A stretch of DNA of 64,000 nucleotides from Promethearchaeota archaeon (GTDB lineage Archaea; Asgardarchaeota; Lokiarchaeia; Sigyniarchaeales; SOKP01): positions 1 to 64,000 of the forward strand of contig JAEOTS010000080.1 in NCBI GenBank assembly GCA_016839745.1, given 5' to 3'. Positions 51,131 through 60,272 of the stretch are shown one piece after another. Positions within the stretch are counted from its first letter, which is position 1. Each line of letters starts with the position of its first letter. The position numbers and the translations under genes are program-made. Under the pieces are notes generated by a model. The model did no database searches and had not been told where the DNA came from. It saw only the letters and a list, made by a program, of their open reading frames with translations.

Positions 51131-53038
51131 ATGGCTGTTGAGGGTAAAGCAGAGGTGTCTACTGATTCTAAAGCCTCTGAAGATTCAGAAGAAGAACCCA
51201 TTATAGAAGAAGTGAGAATGCAATATACTCTCTATTTGATACTCTTTTTTATTATTTACTATATATCGTGGATCGGTCCCAGCTTTATTTTTATGACGTA
51301 TTTCATGATGGTTTTTCGAGAATATTTTTTAGAGGCTCCCACTTTTATCGCTATTTTTACGGAACTAAATCCGCTTTTAGCTTTACTTTTAATGCCTTTG
51401 ATTATAATTCTATGTTATTTAGTGCGCATTATTTTCATAGGGCTTACCACTAAGATTATTTGGGCAATAACTGAAAAAATATCGCCATCGAAAAATGGAA
51501 TAATACCCAGAAACATTAAATCTAAAGCAGCAGATTATTACCACATAAGATCCTTTATTTTAAAATACGGCAAAAATATATTTACAAAAGGAATCCTTCC
51601 TTGGCTTTCAAACTGGTTTTATAATTTTGTGAAAGCCAGCAAAATTGGAAAAGGTACGACAATAGAAGAATCTTTAGTAAATGATAAATTTATAACTGTC
51701 GGAAAAAACTGCTATATTGGAGTTAATTCAAGCCTCGCGACACATGTTGTTGAGGGAATTTTTGGCAATATCTCGTATTTTGAAGTTAAACTGAAAGATA
51801 ATGTTACTTTTGCAGCGATGAATCAGATCGGTCCTGGATCTGAAGTTTTCGAGGATAGTTTTTTATTACCCTTAGCATCAGCTCAAAAGCATGTGACAAT
51901 AGGGAAACAGGGAGGTAAAAATTTTGGGTATTACTTTGGACTTCCCGCTAGGAAAATTTTTAAAAAGAAATTAAAGGAATATATTGGCTTAAATCCTGAA
52001 GATTTAGAAAGAAATGAGAACTTAGAAGAGTACCTTTCTAAGAAAAACGAGACAAAGTCAAAAATTAAACAAAAGAGTATTGAAAAAATCGAAGCGGAAG
52101 ATCCTAACGAAACTAGTAACAATGATACTAAGGACCAAGTAAAGGAAAATCCTATTGATATCAATAGTTTAACTAAAGAAGATTTAGCCGTCGACTTTAC
52201 AACTAGCAGTGCTATTAGCAGAATAAATATAAAGTTTTTAGCTGTTTACATACCAATTTTTTGGTTAAGTGGATTAATGGCAGCAATATTTTGGTATGAA
52301 TATACCCGATTTTTTGGACTCTCAACAATATTATTTCTACCAATCGCTCTCTTTTTAATGATTTACATATTTATTATAGGAGTGCTGTTTTTTAGCAAGC
52401 TGCTGCTAATTTTTATCAATTTATTGCATAAACCCCGTGAGGGAGTTTTTTTAGCTGAAATTGGTGATAAAGACTACGAATTTTGGATGATGAGGACAGA
52501 ATTAAAAAAAATTGCCCTTTGGTTTCTTAGAAACGCTCCACTACCTTGGATAGATGTAATTGCGTTTAGGTGGTTTGGTATACGGATGGATTTCTCAAGT
52601 CATTTAAACGATGCGTGGTGTGATGCCGAGTTTGTAGATTTTGGTCGAAATGTATTAATAGGGCAAGGAGCTACAGTGATGTCCTCAATGATAATTGGTA
52701 AATATTTGATAATTAAAAGAGTAATATTTGAAGATTACGTTCTAGTAGGTGGACAAACAACCATCGCCCCCGGTACGATAATGAGACACGATGGTTTTAT
52801 TGGTGCTATAAGTACTACGACATACAATCAAGTTCTTGAGCCTAATTGGATATATTTCGGAATTCCAGCCATTAAGCTTAAAAAAAATAAATATGCCGCG
52901 ATAAGACGAGATATCATAACAAAACGCAGCGTTGATGATGAGACGAAAATCGAGGAGACTACAGATGTTTACGTCGATGATGATAAAAAACAATTAATAA
53001 ACACAGAAGAATCGGAGGATAATCATGTCAATTCCTAG
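51131..53038 (+). CDS. Fusion of type A and type B membrane-anchored LbH domains
   Basis: N-half homologous to 42236/43186 (GIIPRNI, ATHVVEG); C-half homologous to 44125 (DFTTSSAI, HLNDAWCDAEF); charged linker between. Confidence 0.8.
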   Translation: MAVEGKAEVSTDSKASEDSEEEPIIEEVRMQYTLYLILFFIIYYISWIGPSFIFMTYFMMVFREYFLEAPTFIAIFTELNPLLALLLMPLIIILCYLVRIIFIGLTTKIIWAITEKISPSKNGIIPRNIKSKAADYYHIRSFILKYGKNIFTKGILPWLSNWFYNFVKASKIGKGTTIEESLVNDKFITVGKNCYIGVNSSLATHVVEGIFGNISYFEVKLKDNVTFAAMNQIGPGSEVFEDSFLLPLASAQKHVTIGKQGGKNFGYYFGLPARKIFKKKLKEYIGLNPEDLERNENLEEYLSKKNETKSKIKQKSIEKIEAEDPNETSNNDTKDQVKENPIDINSLTKEDLAVDFTTSSAISRINIKFLAVYIPIFWLSGLMAAIFWYEYTRFFGLSTILFLPIALFLMIYIFIIGVLFFSKLLLIFINLLHKPREGVFLAEIGDKDYEFWMMRTELKKIALWFLRNAPLPWIDVIAFRWFGIRMDFSSHLNDAWCDAEFVDFGRNVLIGQGATVMSSMIIGKYLIIKRVIFEDYVLVGGQTTIAPGTIMRHDGFIGAISTTTYNQVLEPNWIYFGIPAIKLKKNKYAAIRRDIITKRSVDDETKIEETTDVYVDDDKKQLINTEESEDNHVNS

Positions 53039-53984
53039 TAGCATGCGTATTGGACCTCTAATACCAACTATTCTGATAAAAAAGAGCTACTTAATATTTT
53101 ACTTTATCATCGTGTGGTTCAGTTTTATTCCACTTTTCTTGGAATTATGGGTCTATTGGAAATTTTTGTGGAATTATACCCGACCGATTCATTTCTACAC
53201 TTTCCTACCTTTATTAATTATTCCCATGTACGTAACTCTTGTTTTTAGCGCAACTTTTATAGCTAAAATATTTCATTTAATAGTTAATGCAATCCACAAG
53301 CCTAGAACCGGCGTATTTCTAAGGCATCCAAGCGACAAAGATTACCGTTATTGGTGTATAAGGAATGTTATAAAAAGATGGCCGTTTTGGCTCAGTCATA
53401 GATTTCCCTTCCCTTTTTTGAATAATATCTGTTTTAAAGTATTTGGGGTCAAAACAAAATTTTCAAATTCTCTTTTTGAAGGCTGGGTAGATACAGAGTT
53501 CATAGAGTTCGGTAAAAATGTCGTCGTTGGTCAAGGAACTATAGTACAATCTTCCATGATAATCGGAAACCTTCTTATTATAAAGAAAACAATAATTGAA
53601 GACGATGTGAGGATTGGATCTCACGCAATTGTTATGCCGGGCACACACATCAAAAATAGAAGCGTATTAGCAAGTAATTCAGTCACTACAGTTGACCAAA
53701 AACTCGATGAGGGCTATATATACGTCGGAGTTCCGGCAAAGGAATTGAAGAGAAATTATTTCTTTGAAGATGGACTACAAGATAAACTCGGTCAAGTTGA
53801 AGACGTGGAAGCATTAAGAGAAAAATACGAAACAATGTATCTTAAGCGTGTCGACGAGAAACCCAAATACAAAGAACGAAAAGAACTGAAAAGAAAGACG
53901 AAAGCGCAAGAACAATATTGGTATGGGCTTGAAACTGAAGAAGGAGACGAGGACGATGTATATGACGACACGTTTACCATTTAA
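53025..53984 (+). CDS. Membrane-anchored LbH protein, type C (second copy)
   Basis: Paralog of 45041..45937 (SMRIGP, DKDYRYW, KTKFSNSLFEGWVDTEF); overlaps the upstream fusion by 14 bp. Confidence 0.8.
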   Translation: MSIPSSMRIGPLIPTILIKKSYLIFYFIIVWFSFIPLFLELWVYWKFLWNYTRPIHFYTFLPLLIIPMYVTLVFSATFIAKIFHLIVNAIHKPRTGVFLRHPSDKDYRYWCIRNVIKRWPFWLSHRFPFPFLNNICFKVFGVKTKFSNSLFEGWVDTEFIEFGKNVVVGQGTIVQSSMIIGNLLIIKKTIIEDDVRIGSHAIVMPGTHIKNRSVLASNSVTTVDQKLDEGYIYVGVPAKELKRNYFFEDGLQDKLGQVEDVEALREKYETMYLKRVDEKPKYKERKELKRKTKAQEQYWYGLETEEGDEDDVYDDTFTI

Positions 53985-54019
53985 ATAAAATAAAAAAAAA
54001 ATAATAGTTATTTTGCTTA

Positions 54020-54418
54020 CTATTTCTTTTCTTCTCTAAGATAAAAGAAGATATCGAAGACTAATATTACTATAATCACTATTGTGTCTAACCAATGGAA
54101 AATCAGATTAGTTGCCGAACGAGTTACATATATATTTGAGGTAAGATTGACTAAGGCTATTATAATAAGGAATACAATTGCAAATTGGAAAAGGATTTTG
54201 ATCTGATCCCATTCTCCGTTAAGGATTCCAAGCACAATTGCGATTCCAATAGCGATTAAAGCTCCACCAAAAAGGCGCCAAAAGTGAGGATCAAAATAGG
54301 GGGCATCGTTAAGAGAATAAACGCTCTCCGGAAGGAACACGTACATTATTCCATAGATAAATCCTACGATCATGTTAATAATTAACACGATTTTCATTTC
54401 TTTAGATATTTCTGCCAT
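54020..54418 (-). CDS. Hypothetical membrane protein (4 TM)
   Basis: 132 aa, four hydrophobic helices. Confidence 0.7.
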   Translation of the reverse strand: MAEISKEMKIVLIINMIVGFIYGIMYVFLPESVYSLNDAPYFDPHFWRLFGGALIAIGIAIVLGILNGEWDQIKILFQFAIVFLIIIALVNLTSNIYVTRSATNLIFHWLDTIVIIVILVFDIFFYLREEKK

Positions 54419-54593
54419 GACTTATATACCTTTAATGTAGTTTAATAGAAAAATTATGAATAATCATTAAAAATACTATGCGAGATGTCTATATAAGCTT
54501 TTACAAAAATGTGAATTACACTAAATCCTTTGCAAAATTACAAAAAGAAAAAGAAGATATATAGAATAGGAGGTAAATTGGTTTAGGTGTGGT

Positions 54594-54755
54594 TTAACGA
54601 GAAGCCATAAATCTAGCCTTTTTCCTCCGCTTTCTATATTTTTTATGGGATGTGAATCCCTGAACTACTGTTATAGTACCAAAAATTGAAATCAATAGTA
54701 GAGCCAATAATGTTATTTTAGGTATTATTTTTGATCTATTCATTTTTTTCATCAT
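54594..54755 (-). CDS. Possible small signal-peptide-like ORF (53 aa)
   Basis: Manual translation MMKKMNRSKIIPKITLLALLLISIFGTITVVQGFTSHKKYRKRRKKARFMASR. Confidence 0.35.
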   Translation of the reverse strand: MMKKMNRSKIIPKITLLALLLISIFGTITVVQGFTSHKKYRKRRKKARFMASR

Positions 54756-54979
54756 CGCTCTTTTTTTTAGATTTGTGTTAATTGGTATTTATCTCACGAT
54801 TTCATTTTTAGATTTACCTTCGAAACTTTCCACAAAGTCCGAATATTTACATTTTATTCCGTCGGTATACTAATATCAAAAGTCCAACAGCAATAACACA
54901 AAATCCACAGAATGAAAAAAAATCTAAAATAAAATAAGGAGAATTAAACATTTGTTCCCAGAAATTAAACCCAGTAAAA

Positions 54980-55687
54980 TTATTTGAGGACAAAATACAA
55001 TCTTCTATTGTTCTTTCCCTTATTTACCGTTTTAGTCATCTCAATTTCGCCGATTTCACTTAGACTATTAATGTGGGTTCCACCGTCCACTTGTTTATCG
55101 ATTTCCCCAATTTTAACTATGCGAAATTCCTGTAAATTTTTAGGTAAGCCGACTGCTAATCTTGCAAGCTCGGGTTCTTCTAAAACATCGGCTCGCGACA
55201 TCGTTTCGACGGTGATTGGAAGGTCCTGTTTGATTATTTCGTTAGATTCTTCAACAAAGGTCTGCAGTTTTTCTGGAGAATAATTCTCCATAGAAAAATC
55301 CATTCTTGCTTTATCCAATTCAATTTGATTACCAGTGATTTTAGCGTTCGCTCTGCGATACAATATATTTGAAACGAGATGGCAGGCAGTATGGTATCGC
55401 ATGTAAGTATATCGCCTCTCCCAATCGATTTCGCACGAAACTATATCTCCTTCTTTTAGTCCCGGTTTTTCTAATTCGTGGCTAATTTCTCCTGAAAATT
55501 TACCGACATAGACTACCTTGAATTTCTTACCATTCTTGATCATATAACCCTCGTCCCAAGGTTGACCGCCTCCTTTAGGGTAGAAGGCGGTTTTATCAAG
55601 AACCACATATTTATCGTCTTTTACGGATACAACCGTGGCATCCCATTTCTTTAAATAGGAATCACTCATGTATAAAGTATCAGTCAT
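54980..55687 (-). CDS. alaX: Alanyl-tRNA editing protein AlaX
   Basis: LYMSDSY, TAFYPKGGGQP, MRYHTACH (HxxxH), DGGTH. Confidence 0.92.
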   Translation of the reverse strand: MTDTLYMSDSYLKKWDATVVSVKDDKYVVLDKTAFYPKGGGQPWDEGYMIKNGKKFKVVYVGKFSGEISHELEKPGLKEGDIVSCEIDWERRYTYMRYHTACHLVSNILYRRANAKITGNQIELDKARMDFSMENYSPEKLQTFVEESNEIIKQDLPITVETMSRADVLEEPELARLAVGLPKNLQEFRIVKIGEIDKQVDGGTHINSLSEIGEIEMTKTVNKGKNNRRLYFVLK

Positions 55688-55739
55688 AAGGTTGAATAAA
55701 GAAGGATTTACTTAAAACATTAATGAATCTCGATTAAAA

Positions 55740-56600
55740 TTAACTAAATATTAATCTTAATGATGTTATAAGTATCCATAGCATAATATTTACGGTCAAT
55801 ATCCATTCTACCAAAGGATTAAATAGGGTGATAGCTAATAGAAGTAACTCAAGACCAGTTGCGTAGCCTATTATTATATGATACAACTTATATTCGTTGC
55901 TCTTCATCATCAAGAAGGTATAAAGGCATATGGTTGCAATAGATCCAAGAAAGCCGACTAAAGTAACAGTTCCGTGAAAGAGCATAAACACATCCGGGTA
56001 GTCTGGATCTGGTAAGATTCCAACTAAAGCAACGCTAACGGAGCTAATAACCGCCACCGTTGTAGCAATTCTTCGTACAAATTCGTTTATCCCAATCAAC
56101 GTTTTCTCAAGATAGAGAATGAAGGGAATGGTTAAACTTCCACTTGATACGAAGGCAATGCTGAAAAGAGTTTTGGCGATCCCGTTCCCCAATGAACTTA
56201 CCGTATCCTCTAAGGGATTATAACCAGGAGTAACAAGAGCGGCTAAGGTAATGAAGACAATTGCAAACGAAACTCCAATCAGTCCAAAGACGCATTCGAT
56301 CTTAGACAGATGAGCATCAACAATATGGCGTAACCGTTCGTTTGAAAGATCTTTACTCATCAGATCTCTAATAATCTCTGATTTAGGATTTATTTTTAGC
56401 TTGTTGACAATTCCTTTTACGCCCTTTACTGTTCTTGTAATTGTTACGATTCTAGCTTTCTGCCAAAAGGATATAATACTCCCTTCAATAGTTACTATTC
56501 CGTTGATCACTGAAGTTTTGATATTCGTTAATCCTAAAGATTTTTCTTTTGAAATTTTAGCTTCTACATTATCTTGGATTTCTTCATCTGAGTTTACCAT
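55740..56600 (-). CDS. BON domain fused to a DUF998-like membrane domain
   Basis: DEEIQDNVEAKI...NGIVTIEG...VKGVKGIVNKLKI (BON); PGYNPLEDTVSSLG plus TMs with conserved H (DUF998-like); ATG 56600, track start 56621. Confidence 0.75.
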   Translation of the reverse strand: MVNSDEEIQDNVEAKISKEKSLGLTNIKTSVINGIVTIEGSIISFWQKARIVTITRTVKGVKGIVNKLKINPKSEIIRDLMSKDLSNERLRHIVDAHLSKIECVFGLIGVSFAIVFITLAALVTPGYNPLEDTVSSLGNGIAKTLFSIAFVSSGSLTIPFILYLEKTLIGINEFVRRIATTVAVISSVSVALVGILPDPDYPDVFMLFHGTVTLVGFLGSIATICLYTFLMMKSNEYKLYHIIIGYATGLELLLLAITLFNPLVEWILTVNIMLWILITSLRLIFS

Positions 56601-56766
56601 TTTTACACCCTCATTTTTCACGATATCTGCTAATAAAGCTCTATTATTTGAAAAATAAAAGGTTTACGGCTAGTTAAAGTCAAATCCTTAATAATAATTT
56701 ATAAATAGAGTTAAGAGAATACCAATATCAAATTTAATATTTTTAATATTTTTTTAGCTTATTCTA

Positions 56767-56919
56767 TCAATCGTTCTCATAAAGTTCTCCAGGCTTAGCA
56801 CCGCAGAAAGCTTCGAGTTTCAAAAACTTCATTTCTTTGGAGCAATTGGGGCAAAAGTATTTGCCTGGTTCTTTAGCAGTAAACGAATACCCACATTCTT
56901 TACAAACTACAGCACTCAT
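56767..56919 (-). CDS. Zinc-finger microprotein (50 aa)
   Basis: Manual translation MSAVVCKECGYSFTAKEPGKYFCPNCSKEMKFLKLEAFCGAKPGELYEND. Confidence 0.7.
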   Translation of the reverse strand: MSAVVCKECGYSFTAKEPGKYFCPNCSKEMKFLKLEAFCGAKPGELYEND

Positions 56920-57147
56920 AATATTCTATTCTTGATTTAACATTTAAAATGTTCTTATTATAAATTAGAAATTAGCTAATCCTTAATTAAAGGAAAGATA
57001 AGACGAAATTAGGTTATTCAAATATTTCAAAAGTTTAAATTTTTCACCCTTTAACCGTTGGCGAGGTTGTCAACACACATCTAATTTTTTTATGTTTGTC
57101 TCATTCTTAAAAGGGTAAATCATTTTGATTTATGGTTATACTGTTTA

Positions 57148-57267
57148 TCATTTGAATCGCAGAGTAAAAAAGCGCGTAAACTTTTGACATACGTTACAAT
57201 AATAGAATCCTTCTTTCATGCCATCAATTTTAGTCCTACAATTTAAACAAAATATCATGCTAATCAT
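57148..57267 (-). CDS. Zinc-finger microprotein (36-39 aa)
   Basis: Manual translation MISMIFCLNCRTKIDGMKEGFYYCNVCQKFTRFFTLRFK; same CxxC-x13-CxxC spacing as its neighbour. Confidence 0.6.
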   Translation of the reverse strand: MISMIFCLNCRTKIDGMKEGFYYCNVCQKFTRFFTLRFK

Positions 57268-57440
57268 GCATAAAAGCTTACGGTTAGTATTAAAAGTTGA
57301 AATTATAAGATATAGGTAGACTCCGATATTGGGAAATATTAGAAAAATAATAGGAATTTAACGTAAAACTATATATTTTAAATAATTTATAATAATCCTT
57401 ATAGCCACCTATTAAAATTATATCTGAATTTTTATTTTAA

Positions 57441-58484
57441 GTGAACTATATGCCATCTTTTGAATACAAAGGCGAAAAATACGAAGTTAAGGATGGTTTT
57501 CTAGACCTTGGTCTTTTAGAAATTAGCGATATCTCTGAAATTAAAGGTCTAGATAAACTTAAGATAAAACATTTAGAACTGAGTTCCAACGAGATTGCCG
57601 AATTAGAAGGATTGGAACAGCTCAAGGATCTCGAAATCTTAAATTGCGGGAGTAATAACCTTTCTGAAATATCTGGACTTGAAACTCTCTCCAATTTGAA
57701 AATATTGCACCTAGCATCTAATCAAATTACAGAAATAAGAGGCCTTGACCAACTGACTGAACTAACAGAGCTATACTTAAGAGGGAATCAAATTCTACAA
57801 TTAGGCGGTTTGAATTCTTTAATTTCACTTCAAAAACTAGATTTGTCTTGGAACATGATTACAAAAATAGAAGGGTTCGATGCCTTACAAAACCTAGAAG
57901 TATTATGGTTAGCGGGAAATCAGCTCACAAAAATCCAAGGACTGAAAAACTTAAAAAATCTAAAAGTCCTGAATTTAGCTGGAAACCAAATATCTGAAAT
58001 CCAAGGGCTTGAGCATCTGAAGAATATAAATGAGATCTACCTTAACGATAACAAAATACGAGAAATTAAGGGATTAGAACATCTTTCCCAATTGGAAACG
58101 CTATGGATTACAGCAAATAATATCGAAAAGATTTCTAATCTAGATAAATGTAAAAACATACAAGTATTAAACTTAAAAGATAATGACATCAACGAAATTA
58201 GTGGTTTATACTCCTTGACTAAGTTAAATAAGTTATTTCTCTCTGGGAACAATGTTTCCTCAATTAAAGGCCTCGAGATCCTCCAAAATTTAGAAACTTT
58301 AGATTTAGGAAACAATCAGATTAAAACAATCAGAGGGTTAGAATCCTTGATGGCATTAAAGGATCTATGGATACAAGGAAATGATATTGACGAAAATTTG
58401 CTAAACCAATTAGGAGGACTTGACACAAGCGGTTGCGCCATAGAACCACTAAAATTTGTTGAATACTGCTTAATTAATTTGTAG
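57441..58484 (+). CDS. SDS22-like leucine-rich repeat protein
   Basis: About 13 repeats of 22 aa, LxxLxLxxNxIxxIxGL. Confidence 0.92.
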   Translation: MNYMPSFEYKGEKYEVKDGFLDLGLLEISDISEIKGLDKLKIKHLELSSNEIAELEGLEQLKDLEILNCGSNNLSEISGLETLSNLKILHLASNQITEIRGLDQLTELTELYLRGNQILQLGGLNSLISLQKLDLSWNMITKIEGFDALQNLEVLWLAGNQLTKIQGLKNLKNLKVLNLAGNQISEIQGLEHLKNINEIYLNDNKIREIKGLEHLSQLETLWITANNIEKISNLDKCKNIQVLNLKDNDINEISGLYSLTKLNKLFLSGNNVSSIKGLEILQNLETLDLGNNQIKTIRGLESLMALKDLWIQGNDIDENLLNQLGGLDTSGCAIEPLKFVEYCLINL

Positions 58485-58507
58485 ATGACCGTTTAATTGA
58501 GAGAATA

Positions 58508-59281
58508 TTAAATTTCTAAAATATTATTGATGGTTTCTTTTATTTTTTGAAAGCTTATAGAATTCTCAGAAATGTCAATAATAGGTTTACCCTCTAAATC
58601 AAATTTAGTTAGAAGTTCATCTTCAGGTATTAATGTGAGGACTGGTAATTCGTATTCTCCAAGCTTACCAAGAATATTTGCTATCTCACCTTTCACTCTA
58701 TTGATTATTATCCCTATTCTTTTATAATTTGTGAACTTTTTAGCGCTCTCACTGATTGATTTTGCCGTTTCTACGCTCCTTAAAGAAATATCGGTCACGA
58801 TTAGGAGTATATCGACAGAATGTATTACCATTCGATTAATTTGTTCAAGACCCGCTTCGCAATCTATCAAAACGACATCAAAATCGCTAGAAATCGACTC
58901 TATAACTTTTCGAAGCAACATATTTGAAGGACAGAAGCAGCCTGGGCCTTCGGGTTGACCAATTGAAAACAAGCTAAAATCTTTACTTTCTTTTATAGCA
59001 TTATAAACCTTGAAATCTATTGTCTCAGCTAATGATTGGAAATCTTCCTTTTTACTAATTGTGTTATCAATTAAATCAGCTCTTATTTTTTCGAGACTTA
59101 TCTCTGGGACTAATTTAACCATTTGACTAAGATGTGGATGGGTTGGATCAGCATCAATCAATAGTAGTTTATACTTACAGGATGTGGAAATGACCTTAGC
59201 AATAAGGGTAGTTACAATTGTTTTGCCTACGCCTCCTTTTCCGGCGATAGCGACTATAAGTGGGGTTTTTTTCAGCTCCAT
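58508..59281 (-). CDS. cooC: CooC/AcsF-type nickel-insertion ATPase
   Basis: AGKGGVGKT, IDADP, GPGCFCP, DCEAGLEQ. Confidence 0.88.
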   Translation of the reverse strand: MELKKTPLIVAIAGKGGVGKTIVTTLIAKVISTSCKYKLLLIDADPTHPHLSQMVKLVPEISLEKIRADLIDNTISKKEDFQSLAETIDFKVYNAIKESKDFSLFSIGQPEGPGCFCPSNMLLRKVIESISSDFDVVLIDCEAGLEQINRMVIHSVDILLIVTDISLRSVETAKSISESAKKFTNYKRIGIIINRVKGEIANILGKLGEYELPVLTLIPEDELLTKFDLEGKPIIDISENSISFQKIKETINNILEI

Positions 59282-59312
59282 TATATGATTCCATTTACAT
59301 ATTTTTTTAAAT

Positions 59313-60074
59313 TTAAATCTCTTCTCGAGAAACTAACACTTGTTTGACATTGTAGCATTCTTCTTGATATGGGCATATTTCACAACCCCAATCGTAGTCA
59401 CAATCAATTCTTTTTCTCCATTCGTCAATTTTTTTCTTCCATTTCTCCTTAACTTTAGATAATATATCTGAAGAGAGCACAACAAATTGTTCAATAGAAC
59501 TTGGATAAGAATTAATAAAGATAACTTCTACTGATTTAATTAAATCTTTGAATTTTTGTTTATACAAATTAATAATCACATTACCTAAGAACTCGAACGA
59601 AAACCCTTTCTGGAGTGCGGATGTACTTATTCTACACCAAAATCTACGAGGTATTGTTCGAATTGAAAACCCTTCGATTCCATTTGATATAAAATTCAAT
59701 TGTCTTAGTTCGTCTTCATTTATATGAGTATTATCTTGAATTCCTATTAATAATATAATCCCAAAATCAATAGCCGGCTCTTTAATCTTATTTACTTCCC
59801 TTCCTAATAACGAGATTTTTCCATGATTGATTAAATTAATCTCCTTAATTGGAATTACTATCGAAAATGATTTTTTATTCATGCCACCAAGCTCTAAACC
59901 AGTTTCCTCTTCAAGTATTATTTCCTTGTATTTATTCAATCCTATTTTGATTTTGAAATTAGTTAATGAATTGGTTTGGTTTAAGCGTGATGGATAGGAA
60001 AATAAAGTTTTACCACTTTTCTGTTCTTGTTCTAAGAAATCTCTTATCTTTTCAATATTAGTTTTATTTTCCAT
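59313..60074 (-). CDS. Stand-alone CdhC/AcsB (acetyl-CoA synthase beta) fragment-like protein with a C-terminal Cys cluster
   Basis: ELGG...SF, GKISLLG, EGFSIRT...WCRIS...KGFSFEFLG, VEVIF; C-terminal CDYDWGCEICPYQEEC. Confidence 0.65.
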   Translation of the reverse strand: MENKTNIEKIRDFLEQEQKSGKTLFSYPSRLNQTNSLTNFKIKIGLNKYKEIILEEETGLELGGMNKKSFSIVIPIKEINLINHGKISLLGREVNKIKEPAIDFGIILLIGIQDNTHINEDELRQLNFISNGIEGFSIRTIPRRFWCRISTSALQKGFSFEFLGNVIINLYKQKFKDLIKSVEVIFINSYPSSIEQFVVLSSDILSKVKEKWKKKIDEWRKRIDCDYDWGCEICPYQEECYNVKQVLVSREEI

Positions 60075-60272
60075 TAAATTGTTTACCTTATTTGGTATAA
60101 TCCAGTATTTTATTATAATGAACGGGTATTATTCTTTATTTAGGTTTTAACCGTTTTTTAAGATTTGTATTATTGATTTTGTCGTTAACCCACTATAAAG
60201 AAGAAGTCTTTTATAATCGAGAGTAGAATAAAAATTAATAGAAAACATAATTACTTGAAAAGATGATAAAAA

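Noticed and set aside
42236-53984. Transposon-mediated or recent segmental duplication of the LbH cluster
   Set aside because: The copies are well diverged in DNA, and no transposase, terminal repeats or target-site duplication were seen; looks like old paralogy
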